64,000 nucleotides of DNA, from contig CAZWEU010000004.1 in NCBI GenBank assembly GCA_964632785.1, forward strand, positions 791-64,790, given 5' to 3'. Each line of letters starts with the position of its first letter. The first letter of the stretch is position 1. The notes below the pieces were generated by a model that did not search any database, had not been told where the DNA came from, and was given only the letters and a program-made list of their open reading frames with translations. Below, piece after piece: positions 51,497 through 60,270 of this stretch. The translations under genes were made by a program, and so were the position numbers. Origin of the DNA: an uncultured Lachnospiraceae bacterium. GTDB taxonomy: Bacteria > Bacillota > Clostridia > Eubacteriales > Eubacteriaceae.

Positions 51497-52966
51497 TTGT
51501 TTATGAATGCATCGCGAAAATTTATCATTGTCTCAACGACGATTGGGATCTTATTAATTATTTTGGTCAGTCTTAGCTTGGCCTATGCCGGGCGCGACAA
51601 TACCCTAATGAAGGATAAGTCCCTCAACCTTGAGATTAATGGCTTTGCCTTAGAGTTACCGCTGGCTCAAAATAAAGCCGTCTATGACCCGGTTTGCCTA
51701 AGTAGTATCTCCGACAATCGGATCAAACTGGAGAACGACCCAGGGGCAGTGGTAACCATCAATGGCAAGACCATTAAGGCGGGCAGTAGCATTAATTTAA
51801 GCCTTGATGCCTTGACTGAGGATTCCTACATCACCATTGATGTCAACAATGAAAAAGACCACCGCATCCTTTACTTAAGAACTATTTCGGCCCAGTTACC
51901 AGCCCTGACCACGGTTGGAAAAAGCCTTTACCAAGGCCATTATTACGGGACCTTGGGGGATGGTAAAACCGGCCTTTATGAGCTTGATATGGCTGGTGAT
52001 CTGGTTTATTATATTAGTCATTCGGCCGCCTCACCAGTAAATGAAAGCTATGCCGATTTTCAAAAACATATTCTAGATAATGGCGCGGTCCGCTATAGCT
52101 ACCACCGGACCCCGAGGGGAACTGGGAGCTTGGGTCAACGGGTTGTTCTTGATGAAAACCACCAGCACTTAAAAACGATTAGCCTTAAAAAAAGCAACTA
52201 CGCCAAGGAAAATGAAGGCTTGACCATGCCGGCCTTTATTTTAATAAGTGATGACCACTGGATTGTTGCCAGCAAGCAATTAATCTTAGCCGATAATTTG
52301 CAAGCTGATTTAGAAAGCCCGGCCCAAGGGACAAAGATCCAGCGCCTCTTGATTCAAGAAGTCTTAGATAATCAAGTCCTTTATGAATTTCGGTCGGATC
52401 GTTTTCCGCAATTGTATCCCCTAAATCCAAGTGGCTACAGTGAAAGTTTAAATCAGGGGAGTGATTATACCGGTTTTAATGGGATGGTTCAAGATCCTAA
52501 GGATGATAACCTGATCCTTTCCTTTAAAGAGATGGATACACTGGTAAAAATTGATCTGGAAAAGCAAAAAATAATTTGGACCTTATCCGGCCTGGCTGAT
52601 GATTTTGCCTTATTGCCAGACCAGATGATTAGGAGACCTACTAGCCTGTCCTTGTCGGCTCAGGGTGAATTGATTGTCTTTGACCAGGCAGACCTAGAGA
52701 GTCGGATTTTAAGAATTGGCCTTGATGAGGTCAACAAAAAAGTGACGGACTTTCAAGCCCTTGGTTTGGGGGTTGACAGGCCGGTAAGTGGTCAAAAAGT
52801 CGGTGAGATGCTAGCCATCTACAGCCTTGTCTGGGGTCCGGGCGAAAAACAAGCCCTAACGGAAATAAATTTTACCACCGATAAAATATTATTAGAGGTC
52901 AGCTTGGCGGAGGGTTATTATTTTGATGCGGTTAGAAAAGAAAATGTAAAATTAAGAGGAGAGTAA
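51497..52966 (+). CDS. Exported arylsulfotransferase (ASST)-like beta-propeller protein
   Basis: N-terminal signal/TM; DPKDDNLILSF..MDTLVKID....IIWTLSG...DDF resembles ASST. Confidence 0.6.
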   Translation: MFMNASRKFIIVSTTIGILLIILVSLSLAYAGRDNTLMKDKSLNLEINGFALELPLAQNKAVYDPVCLSSISDNRIKLENDPGAVVTINGKTIKAGSSINLSLDALTEDSYITIDVNNEKDHRILYLRTISAQLPALTTVGKSLYQGHYYGTLGDGKTGLYELDMAGDLVYYISHSAASPVNESYADFQKHILDNGAVRYSYHRTPRGTGSLGQRVVLDENHQHLKTISLKKSNYAKENEGLTMPAFILISDDHWIVASKQLILADNLQADLESPAQGTKIQRLLIQEVLDNQVLYEFRSDRFPQLYPLNPSGYSESLNQGSDYTGFNGMVQDPKDDNLILSFKEMDTLVKIDLEKQKIIWTLSGLADDFALLPDQMIRRPTSLSLSAQGELIVFDQADLESRILRIGLDEVNKKVTDFQALGLGVDRPVSGQKVGEMLAIYSLVWGPGEKQALTEINFTTDKILLEVSLAEGYYFDAVRKENVKLRGE

Positions 52967-52969
52967 AAA

Positions 52970-53323
52970 ATGGAATTTATTTGTTATCCTAAGTGCACCA
53001 CCTGCCAAAAGGCCAAAAAATTCTTGGTCAGTCAGGGGCTTGACTTTGTCGAGCGCCATATTGTTGAAGATTGCCCGAGTCAGGAAGAAATCCTTGGCTA
53101 TATGGCCCTTTACCAGGGGGAGGCTAAAAAGTTTTTTAATACCAGCGGTAAAGTATACCGGGAATTAGGCTTAAAAGATAAGCTTAAGGGCATGACTAAA
53201 GAAGCCATGGCAGCGGCCTTATCAGAGGATGGCATGCTGATCAAGCGGCCAATTTTGCGGCTTGACAATCAGGTCCTTCTTGGCTTTAAAGAAGAAATCT
53301 GGCAAGCGGCCCTGGTAGAATAA
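52970..53323 (+). CDS. ArsC/Spx family (YusI-like) protein
   Basis: YPKCTTCQKA, FFNTSG, MLIKRPIL. Confidence 0.9.
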   Translation: MEFICYPKCTTCQKAKKFLVSQGLDFVERHIVEDCPSQEEILGYMALYQGEAKKFFNTSGKVYRELGLKDKLKGMTKEAMAAALSEDGMLIKRPILRLDNQVLLGFKEEIWQAALVE

Positions 53324-53453
53324 ATACCTGAAAACGATTGAATTTTCCCCGTCAAATAAATTGTGAACTTTCCTGATTTGGTTTATAATGAGAAGATGAT
53401 AATCTATTGATAACGATGAGGATATCGTGATCAAAAATAAAAGGAGATAAGCG

Positions 53454-53654
53454 ATGACACGTAAAAGTCTTGAAAAATTTAGAAAACAGCCGGAAGCAGA
53501 TCAAGTTGAGATGGTTGAAATGGAATTGACTGAATATACCTATCCTAAAAGTGGTACCGGCATCTGTCCTCAATGTGGGGGCAAGATGAATGGGGTGGGT
53601 CTGGATTGGACCTGTGAAGGTTGTGATCTGGTCTTAAAAGGACCGGTATTTTAA
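53454..53654 (+). CDS. Small zinc-ribbon protein
   Basis: AAGGAG SD; CPQCGG...WTCEGC; own promoter (TTGTGA-17-TATAAT, 53361-53389) and terminator. Confidence 0.7.
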   Translation: MTRKSLEKFRKQPEADQVEMVEMELTEYTYPKSGTGICPQCGGKMNGVGLDWTCEGCDLVLKGPVF

Positions 53655-53666
53655 AAAGATTTAGGG

Positions 53667-53693
53667 AGAAACGTCTTATTAAGGCGTTTTTTT
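53667..53693 (+). terminator. Terminator after the zinc-ribbon gene
   Basis: AAACGTCTT-att-AAGGCGTTT plus T run. Confidence 0.7.
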
Positions 53694-53791
53694 ACTGAAA
53701 AAATTAGGGCAGAATTAAGAATAAGATGTTATAATTATTAATTAGGAATGTTATAATAAATTCGGGAAAGCCGAATAAGAAGGAGAAAAAG

Positions 53792-54622
53792 ATGAAAAAA
53801 GTATTATCAGTTTTAGTGATCACCGTTTTAGCTGTCGGCTTATTTGCCGGCTGTGGCAATGGTGCTAGTCAAGGTACCACCGCTGATGGAGATCAAACCA
53901 TTATTGTCGGGGCAAGCCCAACACCCCATGCGGAGATCTTAGCCGTTACCGAGGAGATCCTCCAAGCAGAAGGCTATAGTCTTAAGATTCAGGAATTTAC
54001 GGACTATGTCCAACCGAATTTAACCTTGGAAAATGGCGAAATTGATGCTAATTTCTTTCAACATTTACCCTATCTAGAAGATTTTAACGAAAAAAATGAT
54101 ACCAACTTAGTCAGTGCCGGCGTCGTCCACTATGAGCCACTGGGTTTGTATGCGGGAAAAACAGCATCTTTGGATGCTTTAGCCGATGGCGCTAACATTG
54201 CCATTCCCAATGATACAACTAATGAAGCAAGAGCCTTATTACTATTAGAAACATTGGAAATGATTAAACTTGATCCAAGTGTTGGCATGGAAGCGACACC
54301 CAAGGATATTGTTGATAATCCTAAGAACTTAAAGTTTACGGAATTAGAAGCTGCCCAATTAGCCCGATCACTTGAAGATGTTGATTTAGCCGTCATTAAT
54401 GGTAACTATGCCATTGAAGCGGGTTTAAATGCTGATAGCGATGCCTTAGCAAAAGAAGAAAAAGATTCCCTTGCTGCTCAAACCTTTGCCAATATTATTG
54501 CCGTTCGAGCCGGAGAAGAAGCAAGTGATAAAAGCAAAGCCTTAGTCAAAGCCTTAAACAGTGATGCGGTTAAGACTTTTATCAAGGAAAATTATGCAGG
54601 AGCCGTTGTTCCGATTTTCTAA
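53792..54622 (+). CDS. metQ: MetQ/NlpA family methionine-binding lipoprotein
   Basis: Lipobox FAGC, GASPTPHAEIL, DYVQPN, ANFFQH, IPNDTTNEARAL. Confidence 0.93.
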   Translation: MKKVLSVLVITVLAVGLFAGCGNGASQGTTADGDQTIIVGASPTPHAEILAVTEEILQAEGYSLKIQEFTDYVQPNLTLENGEIDANFFQHLPYLEDFNEKNDTNLVSAGVVHYEPLGLYAGKTASLDALADGANIAIPNDTTNEARALLLLETLEMIKLDPSVGMEATPKDIVDNPKNLKFTELEAAQLARSLEDVDLAVINGNYAIEAGLNADSDALAKEEKDSLAAQTFANIIAVRAGEEASDKSKALVKALNSDAVKTFIKENYAGAVVPIF

Positions 54623-54639
54623 GTTTTGATTTTCTAAAT

Positions 54640-54692
54640 AAAAAAGCCTGGTGTGGCCTCTTATTTTAAGAGGCCGACACTAGGCTTTTTTT
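54640..54692. terminator. Bidirectional terminator
   Basis: AAAAAGCCTGGTGT-GGCCTCTTA..TAAGAGGCC-gACACTAGGCTTTTT between convergent genes. Confidence 0.85.
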
Positions 54693-54711
54693 AGCTTATT
54701 AGCAGACTTAT

Positions 54712-54972
54712 CTAGTTTCCACACGATCCGTCACAGACGCCGTTTCCTTGTCCGGTCCCATCACAAAGACCAGTTCCGTTGCCTTGGCCATTGCCAATGC
54801 GCTCGCCGCGTTTTTGACCAGATCCGTCTAGAGGGCGTGCTCCTTGATGCTGACCTTGGCCTTCGGGATTACCAGCCTTGCTTCCTTGGCCATTACCGCC
54901 AGCGGCCATGGCTGTTCCAGCTGTTGCCAGCATGAGGACCAGTGAAAGGGTAAGAATTAATTTCTTTTTCAT
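54712..54972 (-). CDS. Small secreted Gly/Asn/Gln-rich protein with CDG motifs (86 aa)
   Basis: GGAGG SD, MKKKLIL...AMA signal peptide, then GNGQG repeats, LDGSG, CDGTG, CDGSC. Confidence 0.8.
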   Translation of the reverse strand: MKKKLILTLSLVLMLATAGTAMAAGGNGQGSKAGNPEGQGQHQGARPLDGSGQKRGERIGNGQGNGTGLCDGTGQGNGVCDGSCGN

Positions 54973-55003
54973 AAAAACCTCCAAGTATTTATTTGTTAAG
55001 CCC

Positions 55004-55036
55004 ATTATAGGAAACAATTGTGTCAAATTGGTGTCA
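55004..55036 (-). promoter_or_regulatory. OmpR/PhoB-type tandem box plus -10 element of the Gly-rich gene
   Basis: Minus strand TGACAC-caatt-TGACAC (11-bp period), 10 nt, then TATAAT. Confidence 0.65.
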
Positions 55037-55133
55037 TTTTTTTAAAAAAGAAAGAAAGATCCTTTTTTGTAAGAAATTTAAAGATTTTTTTATATCATTT
55101 CTTATATAATAAGGCTTTAGAAAGAGGTGGAAG

Positions 55134-55793
55134 ATGATTAGAATACTGGTTGCAGAAGATGAAGATAAATTACGGACGATTATTTTAAAATATTTAAAGA
55201 AAGAAGGCTATGAGGGGATTGGGGCCATTGATGGCGAGGATGCCTTGGATAAGTGGGCGGAATTTAAGCCCGAATGCCTGATTCTCGATATCATGATGCC
55301 AAAGCTAGATGGTTTTGAAGTTTTAAAGATTATCCGGGAAAGTGATTCACTGCCGGTGATCATGCTAACGGCCCTTCGGGAAGAGGATGATAAGATTAGC
55401 GGCTTTGAAGGCGGAGCCGATGATTATCTGACCAAACCTTTTTCCGTTCGCGAATTATTAGTGCGGATCAAGGCCTTGCTTAAACGAAGTGGGGTCCTAA
55501 GCACTGATGACCACTTTGTTCTTGGTGATATGGTCATCACCTTAAGCTTGAGACAAGTAAAGATCAAAGATGAGATCATTCAGCTAACGCCAAAAGAATT
55601 TGACGTCTTGATCTATTTAATTAATAATCAAAAAATAGCCCTATCACGGGAACAAATCCTTGACCGGATCTGGGGTTACGCCTTTGAGGGGGACGATCGG
55701 GTGGTCGATACGACCATTAAGCGCCTACGCCAAAAAATAAAAGAGGACTACATTCAAACCGTCAGAGGGATTGGATATAAGTTTCAGTCATGA
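55134..55793 (+). CDS. OmpR-family response regulator
   Basis: AEDE, LDIMMP, MLTA, GADDYLTKPF, wHTH LTPKEF...VRGIGYK. Confidence 0.96.
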   Translation: MIRILVAEDEDKLRTIILKYLKKEGYEGIGAIDGEDALDKWAEFKPECLILDIMMPKLDGFEVLKIIRESDSLPVIMLTALREEDDKISGFEGGADDYLTKPFSVRELLVRIKALLKRSGVLSTDDHFVLGDMVITLSLRQVKIKDEIIQLTPKEFDVLIYLINNQKIALSREQILDRIWGYAFEGDDRVVDTTIKRLRQKIKEDYIQTVRGIGYKFQS

Positions 55794-57283
55794 AAAGCTC
55801 AATTTTTTCACGCTTAATGACCTACTTATCCTTGTTTTTTCTGGTCCTAATTGGGGTCTCCTATCTGGCCTTAAGCACTTATTTTGAAAGCTATTATAGC
55901 CAAAAGCGCCTTGATGACTTGGAAAGAAGAACCCACGAAATCATTTCTCACTATGACGAAAAGGGGATTGATGGTGACTTAGAGGCCCTAATTGAGGCCT
56001 ATGGCCAAGAAGGAACAGTCATTCAAATTACTAAGGACAATGGTCCGATTGCTAAAATTCATCTTAGCATCAGTCGAAAAATGAGCCCACCGGCCGGAGC
56101 CGGAAGTGGCCAGGGAAAAGCCCAAGGTGAGGGTAAGGCTGATGGGACGGGCAAAACGGAAACGCCCGAGGGTCACCGCCGGGGCCTGACTTTTGAAGAA
56201 CAGATTTTAAATTACCAGCCGGGCGAAAGCTTTATCACCCTTCTAGAAACCGCTAACCAAGAGGTTGAGTGGTTGACCTATAAAGAAGTGGCCGCCGATG
56301 GGACCCAGGTAACCGGCCGCATCCCCCTTTATTCGGTCAATGAAGTCATCGAAATTGTCCAGGGTTTTTTACTGGTCTTTTTGTCCTTGGTTTTTCTGGC
56401 CTCCTTGGTCTTTGCCTATTTTTTTGCCCGAGGTATTTCCCGGCCGATCGTTGAATTAAATAAAATTGCTCAAGGCCTGGGGGCCCTCGATTTTTCCCAA
56501 GTCTACCAGGGTAAAAGGGCTGATGAGGTTGGCCAATTAGGGGCGACCCTAAATGCTATTTCCCAGCAATTGGAAAATACCCTGACTGATTTAAGGGCTG
56601 AGTTAAATAAGGAAAAAACCCTGGAAAAAATGCGGCAGCGCTTTACAGCGACGGTCTCGCACGAGATTCAAACCCCCCTGGCCATTATAAAAAGCCATGC
56701 TGAAGCCTTAGAAGACGACATTCCCGACAATCAAGCAGAGCGGATGGCTTATTATCAGATCATCCAAGACGAAAGCGATAAAATCAGCGCCATTGCCAGC
56801 GACTTGCTTGACCTGGCCCAAATTGAGTCGGGGGTCTACCGCCTAAAAAAAGAAAGGATTATCGTCGCCGATTTTTTTAAAGATCTTTTAAAAGCCTATC
56901 AGCCAAGCCATCCCCAGCTGACGCTAGACCACCGGGGTGGGGAGACCATTTGGATCGATCCTTATCGGATGGAACAGGTTTTTAAGAATGTCATTGGGAA
57001 TGCCATCAAACACCTAGCACCCAAAGACGGAGCCATTGCCATTGACAGTCATTTAGACCAGAAGATGTGGCATATTTCAATTTATAATGATGGGCCAACC
57101 ATTGCCGAGTCCGACCTGGGCCAGATCTGGCAGTATTTTTATATGGCCGATGGCAATAAAAAAGGAACCGGCTTGGGCCTAGCCATCGCTAAGGGTATTA
57201 TTAACTGTCATGGGGGGCAAATTGGAGTTAAAAATTGCCAAAATGGAGTCGCTTTTTTGATTGATCTTCCCCATAAAAATTAG
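55790..57283 (+). CDS. Sensor histidine kinase (2 TM, HAMP, HisKA, HATPase)
   Basis: SHEIQTPL H-box, NVIGNAIKH, GTGLGLAI; ATGA overlap with the regulator. Confidence 0.95.
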   Translation: MKSSIFSRLMTYLSLFFLVLIGVSYLALSTYFESYYSQKRLDDLERRTHEIISHYDEKGIDGDLEALIEAYGQEGTVIQITKDNGPIAKIHLSISRKMSPPAGAGSGQGKAQGEGKADGTGKTETPEGHRRGLTFEEQILNYQPGESFITLLETANQEVEWLTYKEVAADGTQVTGRIPLYSVNEVIEIVQGFLLVFLSLVFLASLVFAYFFARGISRPIVELNKIAQGLGALDFSQVYQGKRADEVGQLGATLNAISQQLENTLTDLRAELNKEKTLEKMRQRFTATVSHEIQTPLAIIKSHAEALEDDIPDNQAERMAYYQIIQDESDKISAIASDLLDLAQIESGVYRLKKERIIVADFFKDLLKAYQPSHPQLTLDHRGGETIWIDPYRMEQVFKNVIGNAIKHLAPKDGAIAIDSHLDQKMWHISIYNDGPTIAESDLGQIWQYFYMADGNKKGTGLGLAIAKGIINCHGGQIGVKNCQNGVAFLIDLPHKN

Positions 57284-57342
57284 CAAGAAAAAATTCCATA
57301 GATATGATAAAATAACAGGAAAATGTGAAAAAGAGGTAGAAA

Positions 57343-58395
57343 ATGGACTTATTAAAGGAAACACTGGAAAAAATTGGCCCCCTTGATGACCAGATGATGG
57401 CAAAAACAAGGGAGCGAATTGATTTTCTCTTAAAACCAGTTGGTAGTTTGGGCGTATTAGAAGAGATTGCTGTCCAGGTGGCCGGGATCACCGGTCTTAT
57501 GCACCCTGAATTTGATAAAAAAGCAATTTTGATGTTTGCCGCTGACCACGGCGTCTTTGTTGAAGGGGTGGCCGCCGCTCCCCAAGAAGTAACAGCCTTG
57601 ATGGCCCATATGACCGTCGCTGGTCGAAGTGGGGTGGCGGCTCTGGCCAAGCAGGCCGGGGCCGACGTCTTTGTCTGTGATGTCGGCATGCTTGGTGAGG
57701 TCGATCCTAAAGCCGGCATCTTGATGAAAAAAATTCGCCAAGCAACCGATAACCTGCGAAAAGGGCCAGCCATGAGTCGTGATGAGGCCATCCAGTCCTT
57801 AGAAATCGGCATTGATGTGGCCAATCGGGCCATTAGTAATGGCTATCGCTTGCTGGGAATCGGTGAAGTGGGCATTTGCAATACCACTCCTAGTGCCGCC
57901 ATTATTGCTGCTCTGAGTGACATCGATCCGGGCGAATTAACCGGAGCCGGGGCCAATTTATCGGAAGAAAAAATGCTGGTTAAGGCCCAGGTCATTAGAG
58001 ACGCCCTTGCCCTTAACCAGCCCGATAAAAATGATGGTCTTGATATCTTAAGCAAGGTCGGTGGTTTTGAAATTGGGGCCATGGCCGGGGCCATGCTGGC
58101 TGGAGCGGCCCAAAAAGTGCCGGTCGTGATCGATGGTTTTATCTCAACGGCGGCGGCTGCCATTGCCATTAGCCTCAAGCCGCAAGTAAAAAAACACCTT
58201 CTTTATTCCCACGCCTCAATTGAAAAAGGAGCCAGTTTTGCCTCAGAATTTATCGGTGCCAAGCCGTTTTTAAATATGGGCATGCGGCTGGGTGAAGGAA
58301 GCGGAGCGGCCTTAGCCTTTAATATTATCGAATCAGCCCTTCGGGTCAACAAGGAGATGATTACCTATGGCGAAGTTGGGGTTGGTGTCGTCTAA
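57343..58395 (+). CDS. cobT: Nicotinate-nucleotide--dimethylbenzimidazole phosphoribosyltransferase
   Basis: KPVGSLG, AADHGV, GEVGICNTT, DGFIS, MRLGEGSG. Confidence 0.94.
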   Translation: MDLLKETLEKIGPLDDQMMAKTRERIDFLLKPVGSLGVLEEIAVQVAGITGLMHPEFDKKAILMFAADHGVFVEGVAAAPQEVTALMAHMTVAGRSGVAALAKQAGADVFVCDVGMLGEVDPKAGILMKKIRQATDNLRKGPAMSRDEAIQSLEIGIDVANRAISNGYRLLGIGEVGICNTTPSAAIIAALSDIDPGELTGAGANLSEEKMLVKAQVIRDALALNQPDKNDGLDILSKVGGFEIGAMAGAMLAGAAQKVPVVIDGFISTAAAAIAISLKPQVKKHLLYSHASIEKGASFASEFIGAKPFLNMGMRLGEGSGAALAFNIIESALRVNKEMITYGEVGVGVV

Positions 58396-58449
58396 TTTTT
58401 ACAGCAGTAATAATGGCGTCAGGAAGAAAGTTTTGTTTGGGAGGAAAAA

Positions 58450-59748
58450 ATGTATTGGAATAAAAGCTGCGAATGCATGAGCCGACAAAGGCTTGAGGAA
58501 TTACAACTTGAACGCTTACAAGCCATGGTCGAGATGATCTATCATGAGGTCCCTTTTTACCGCAATAAATTTCAAGAGCGGGATTTTTTTCCGGAAGATT
58601 TAAAAAGTTTAAAAGACCTCGAAAAACTGCCTTTTACGACTAAGGTTGACTTACGGGATAATTACCCCTATGGCTTATTTGCCGTCCCCCTGGAGAAGAT
58701 TGTCCGGATTCACGCCTCCTCAGGGACGACCGGTAAACCGACGGTGGTCGGCTATACCAGAAAAGACATTTCCAATTGGGCGGAATTAATGGCCCGGTCC
58801 CTGATGGCAACCGGTGGTGACCCCCACTCGGTTATTCAAAACGCTTACGGCTATGGCCTCTTTACCGGTGGCCTAGGCGTTCATTATGGGGCCGAGCGCT
58901 TGGGGGCCTCGATTATTCCCATATCGGGGGGGAATACCCAAAAACAAATTATGCTAATGAAAGATTTTGGCTCAACCATCCTAACCTGCACTCCCTCTTA
59001 TGCCATTTATTTATCAGAGGTGTTATCTGAAGGCCAAGTTGATTCAGAAGCCCTGAAACTAGAAATCGGTATCTTTGGGGCCGAGCCTTGGTCGGAAAAT
59101 ATTCGCCGGGAGATTGAAAAGAAGCTCCATATTAAGGCCTATGATATTTATGGCCTATCGGAAATCATGGGACCAGGGGTGGCCATTGAGTGTCAGGCCC
59201 AAGCCGGCCTCCATATTTGGGAAGATCACTTTATTGCCGAAATCATTGACCCAATCACCCTAGAGGTCCTGCCCCACGGCCAGCAAGGAGAGCTGGTCAT
59301 TACCACCATTACCAAAGAGGGGATACCCATTTTACGCTACCGGACTCGGGATATCACCAAAATTATTGACCAGCCCTGTAGCTGTGGCCGAAGCCACTTG
59401 CGAATCGCCAGACTCCAAGGGCGGACCGATGACATGCTGATTATCCGCGGGGTCAATGTCTTTCCCACCCAGATTGAAAGTGTCCTCCTGGAAATTGGCG
59501 AAGTCGAGCCCCATTATCAATTAGTCGTTCGCCGCGAAGGTTCACTTGATAGCTTAGAGATTAAGGTTGAGCTTAGCGACGCTTTATTTTCCGACCGGAT
59601 TTCCGGGCTGGAGCGATTAGAAAAGAAAATTAAAGAGCTGATTGCTTCGACCATTGGCATTACGGCCAAGGTGTCCTTGGTTGAACCCAAGAGTTTACCG
59701 AGAAGTGAAGGAAAAAGCCAGCGGGTTATTGATTTACGAAAAATATAG
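58450..59748 (+). CDS. paaK: Phenylacetate--CoA ligase family
   Basis: [38 protein letters not shown]. Confidence 0.9.
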   Translation: MYWNKSCECMSRQRLEELQLERLQAMVEMIYHEVPFYRNKFQERDFFPEDLKSLKDLEKLPFTTKVDLRDNYPYGLFAVPLEKIVRIHASSGTTGKPTVVGYTRKDISNWAELMARSLMATGGDPHSVIQNAYGYGLFTGGLGVHYGAERLGASIIPISGGNTQKQIMLMKDFGSTILTCTPSYAIYLSEVLSEGQVDSEALKLEIGIFGAEPWSENIRREIEKKLHIKAYDIYGLSEIMGPGVAIECQAQAGLHIWEDHFIAEIIDPITLEVLPHGQQGELVITTITKEGIPILRYRTRDITKIIDQPCSCGRSHLRIARLQGRTDDMLIIRGVNVFPTQIESVLLEIGEVEPHYQLVVRREGSLDSLEIKVELSDALFSDRISGLERLEKKIKELIASTIGITAKVSLVEPKSLPRSEGKSQRVIDLRKI

Positions 59749-59757
59749 GAGGATAAG

Positions 59758-60195
59758 ATGATTCGTCAAGTATCAATTTTTTTGGAAAACCATGAAGGCC
59801 GTTTAAATAATATGTTAAAAATATTGGCTGAAAATCAGATCAATATTCGGTCACTCAATATTGCGGAAACGATGGATTACGGGATTGTCCGCTTAATTCT
59901 TCAAGATATCGATAAGGGCATTGAAGTCCTTAAGAAAAATAATATCATCTGTAAAACAACGCCAGTCTTAGCCGTTGAGGTGCCCGATGATCCCGGTGGC
60001 CTAAGTCGCTTAGTCGATGTTTTGACCAAGGAAAAAATCAATATTATCTATGCCTATTCCTTTTTACCCAAGATAACCGATAATGCCATCATTATTATCC
60101 GGGTTGACGATGAGTTAAAAGAAAGAGCGATAGAGGTGTTAGAAAAAAAAGAAGGCATGCACCTTCTCGATCGCGATACCTTATTGATGAAATAG
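59758..60195 (+). CDS. Tandem ACT-domain protein
   Basis: QVSIFLEN..GRL, NIRSL, DYGIVRL, DDPGGL. Confidence 0.88.
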   Translation: MIRQVSIFLENHEGRLNNMLKILAENQINIRSLNIAETMDYGIVRLILQDIDKGIEVLKKNNIICKTTPVLAVEVPDDPGGLSRLVDVLTKEKINIIYAYSFLPKITDNAIIIIRVDDELKERAIEVLEKKEGMHLLDRDTLLMK

Positions 60196-60218
60196 TGACT
60201 AAGAAAAATTAAGACCAT

Positions 60219-60260
60219 AAAAAAACCGCCGTCTCAGCTAAAGAGAGATAGCGGTTTTTT
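60219..60260. terminator. Bidirectional terminator
   Basis: AAAAAACCGC.GTCTC...GAGAT.GCGGTTTTTT between convergent genes. Confidence 0.75.
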
Positions 60261-60270
60261 AATACTTATT

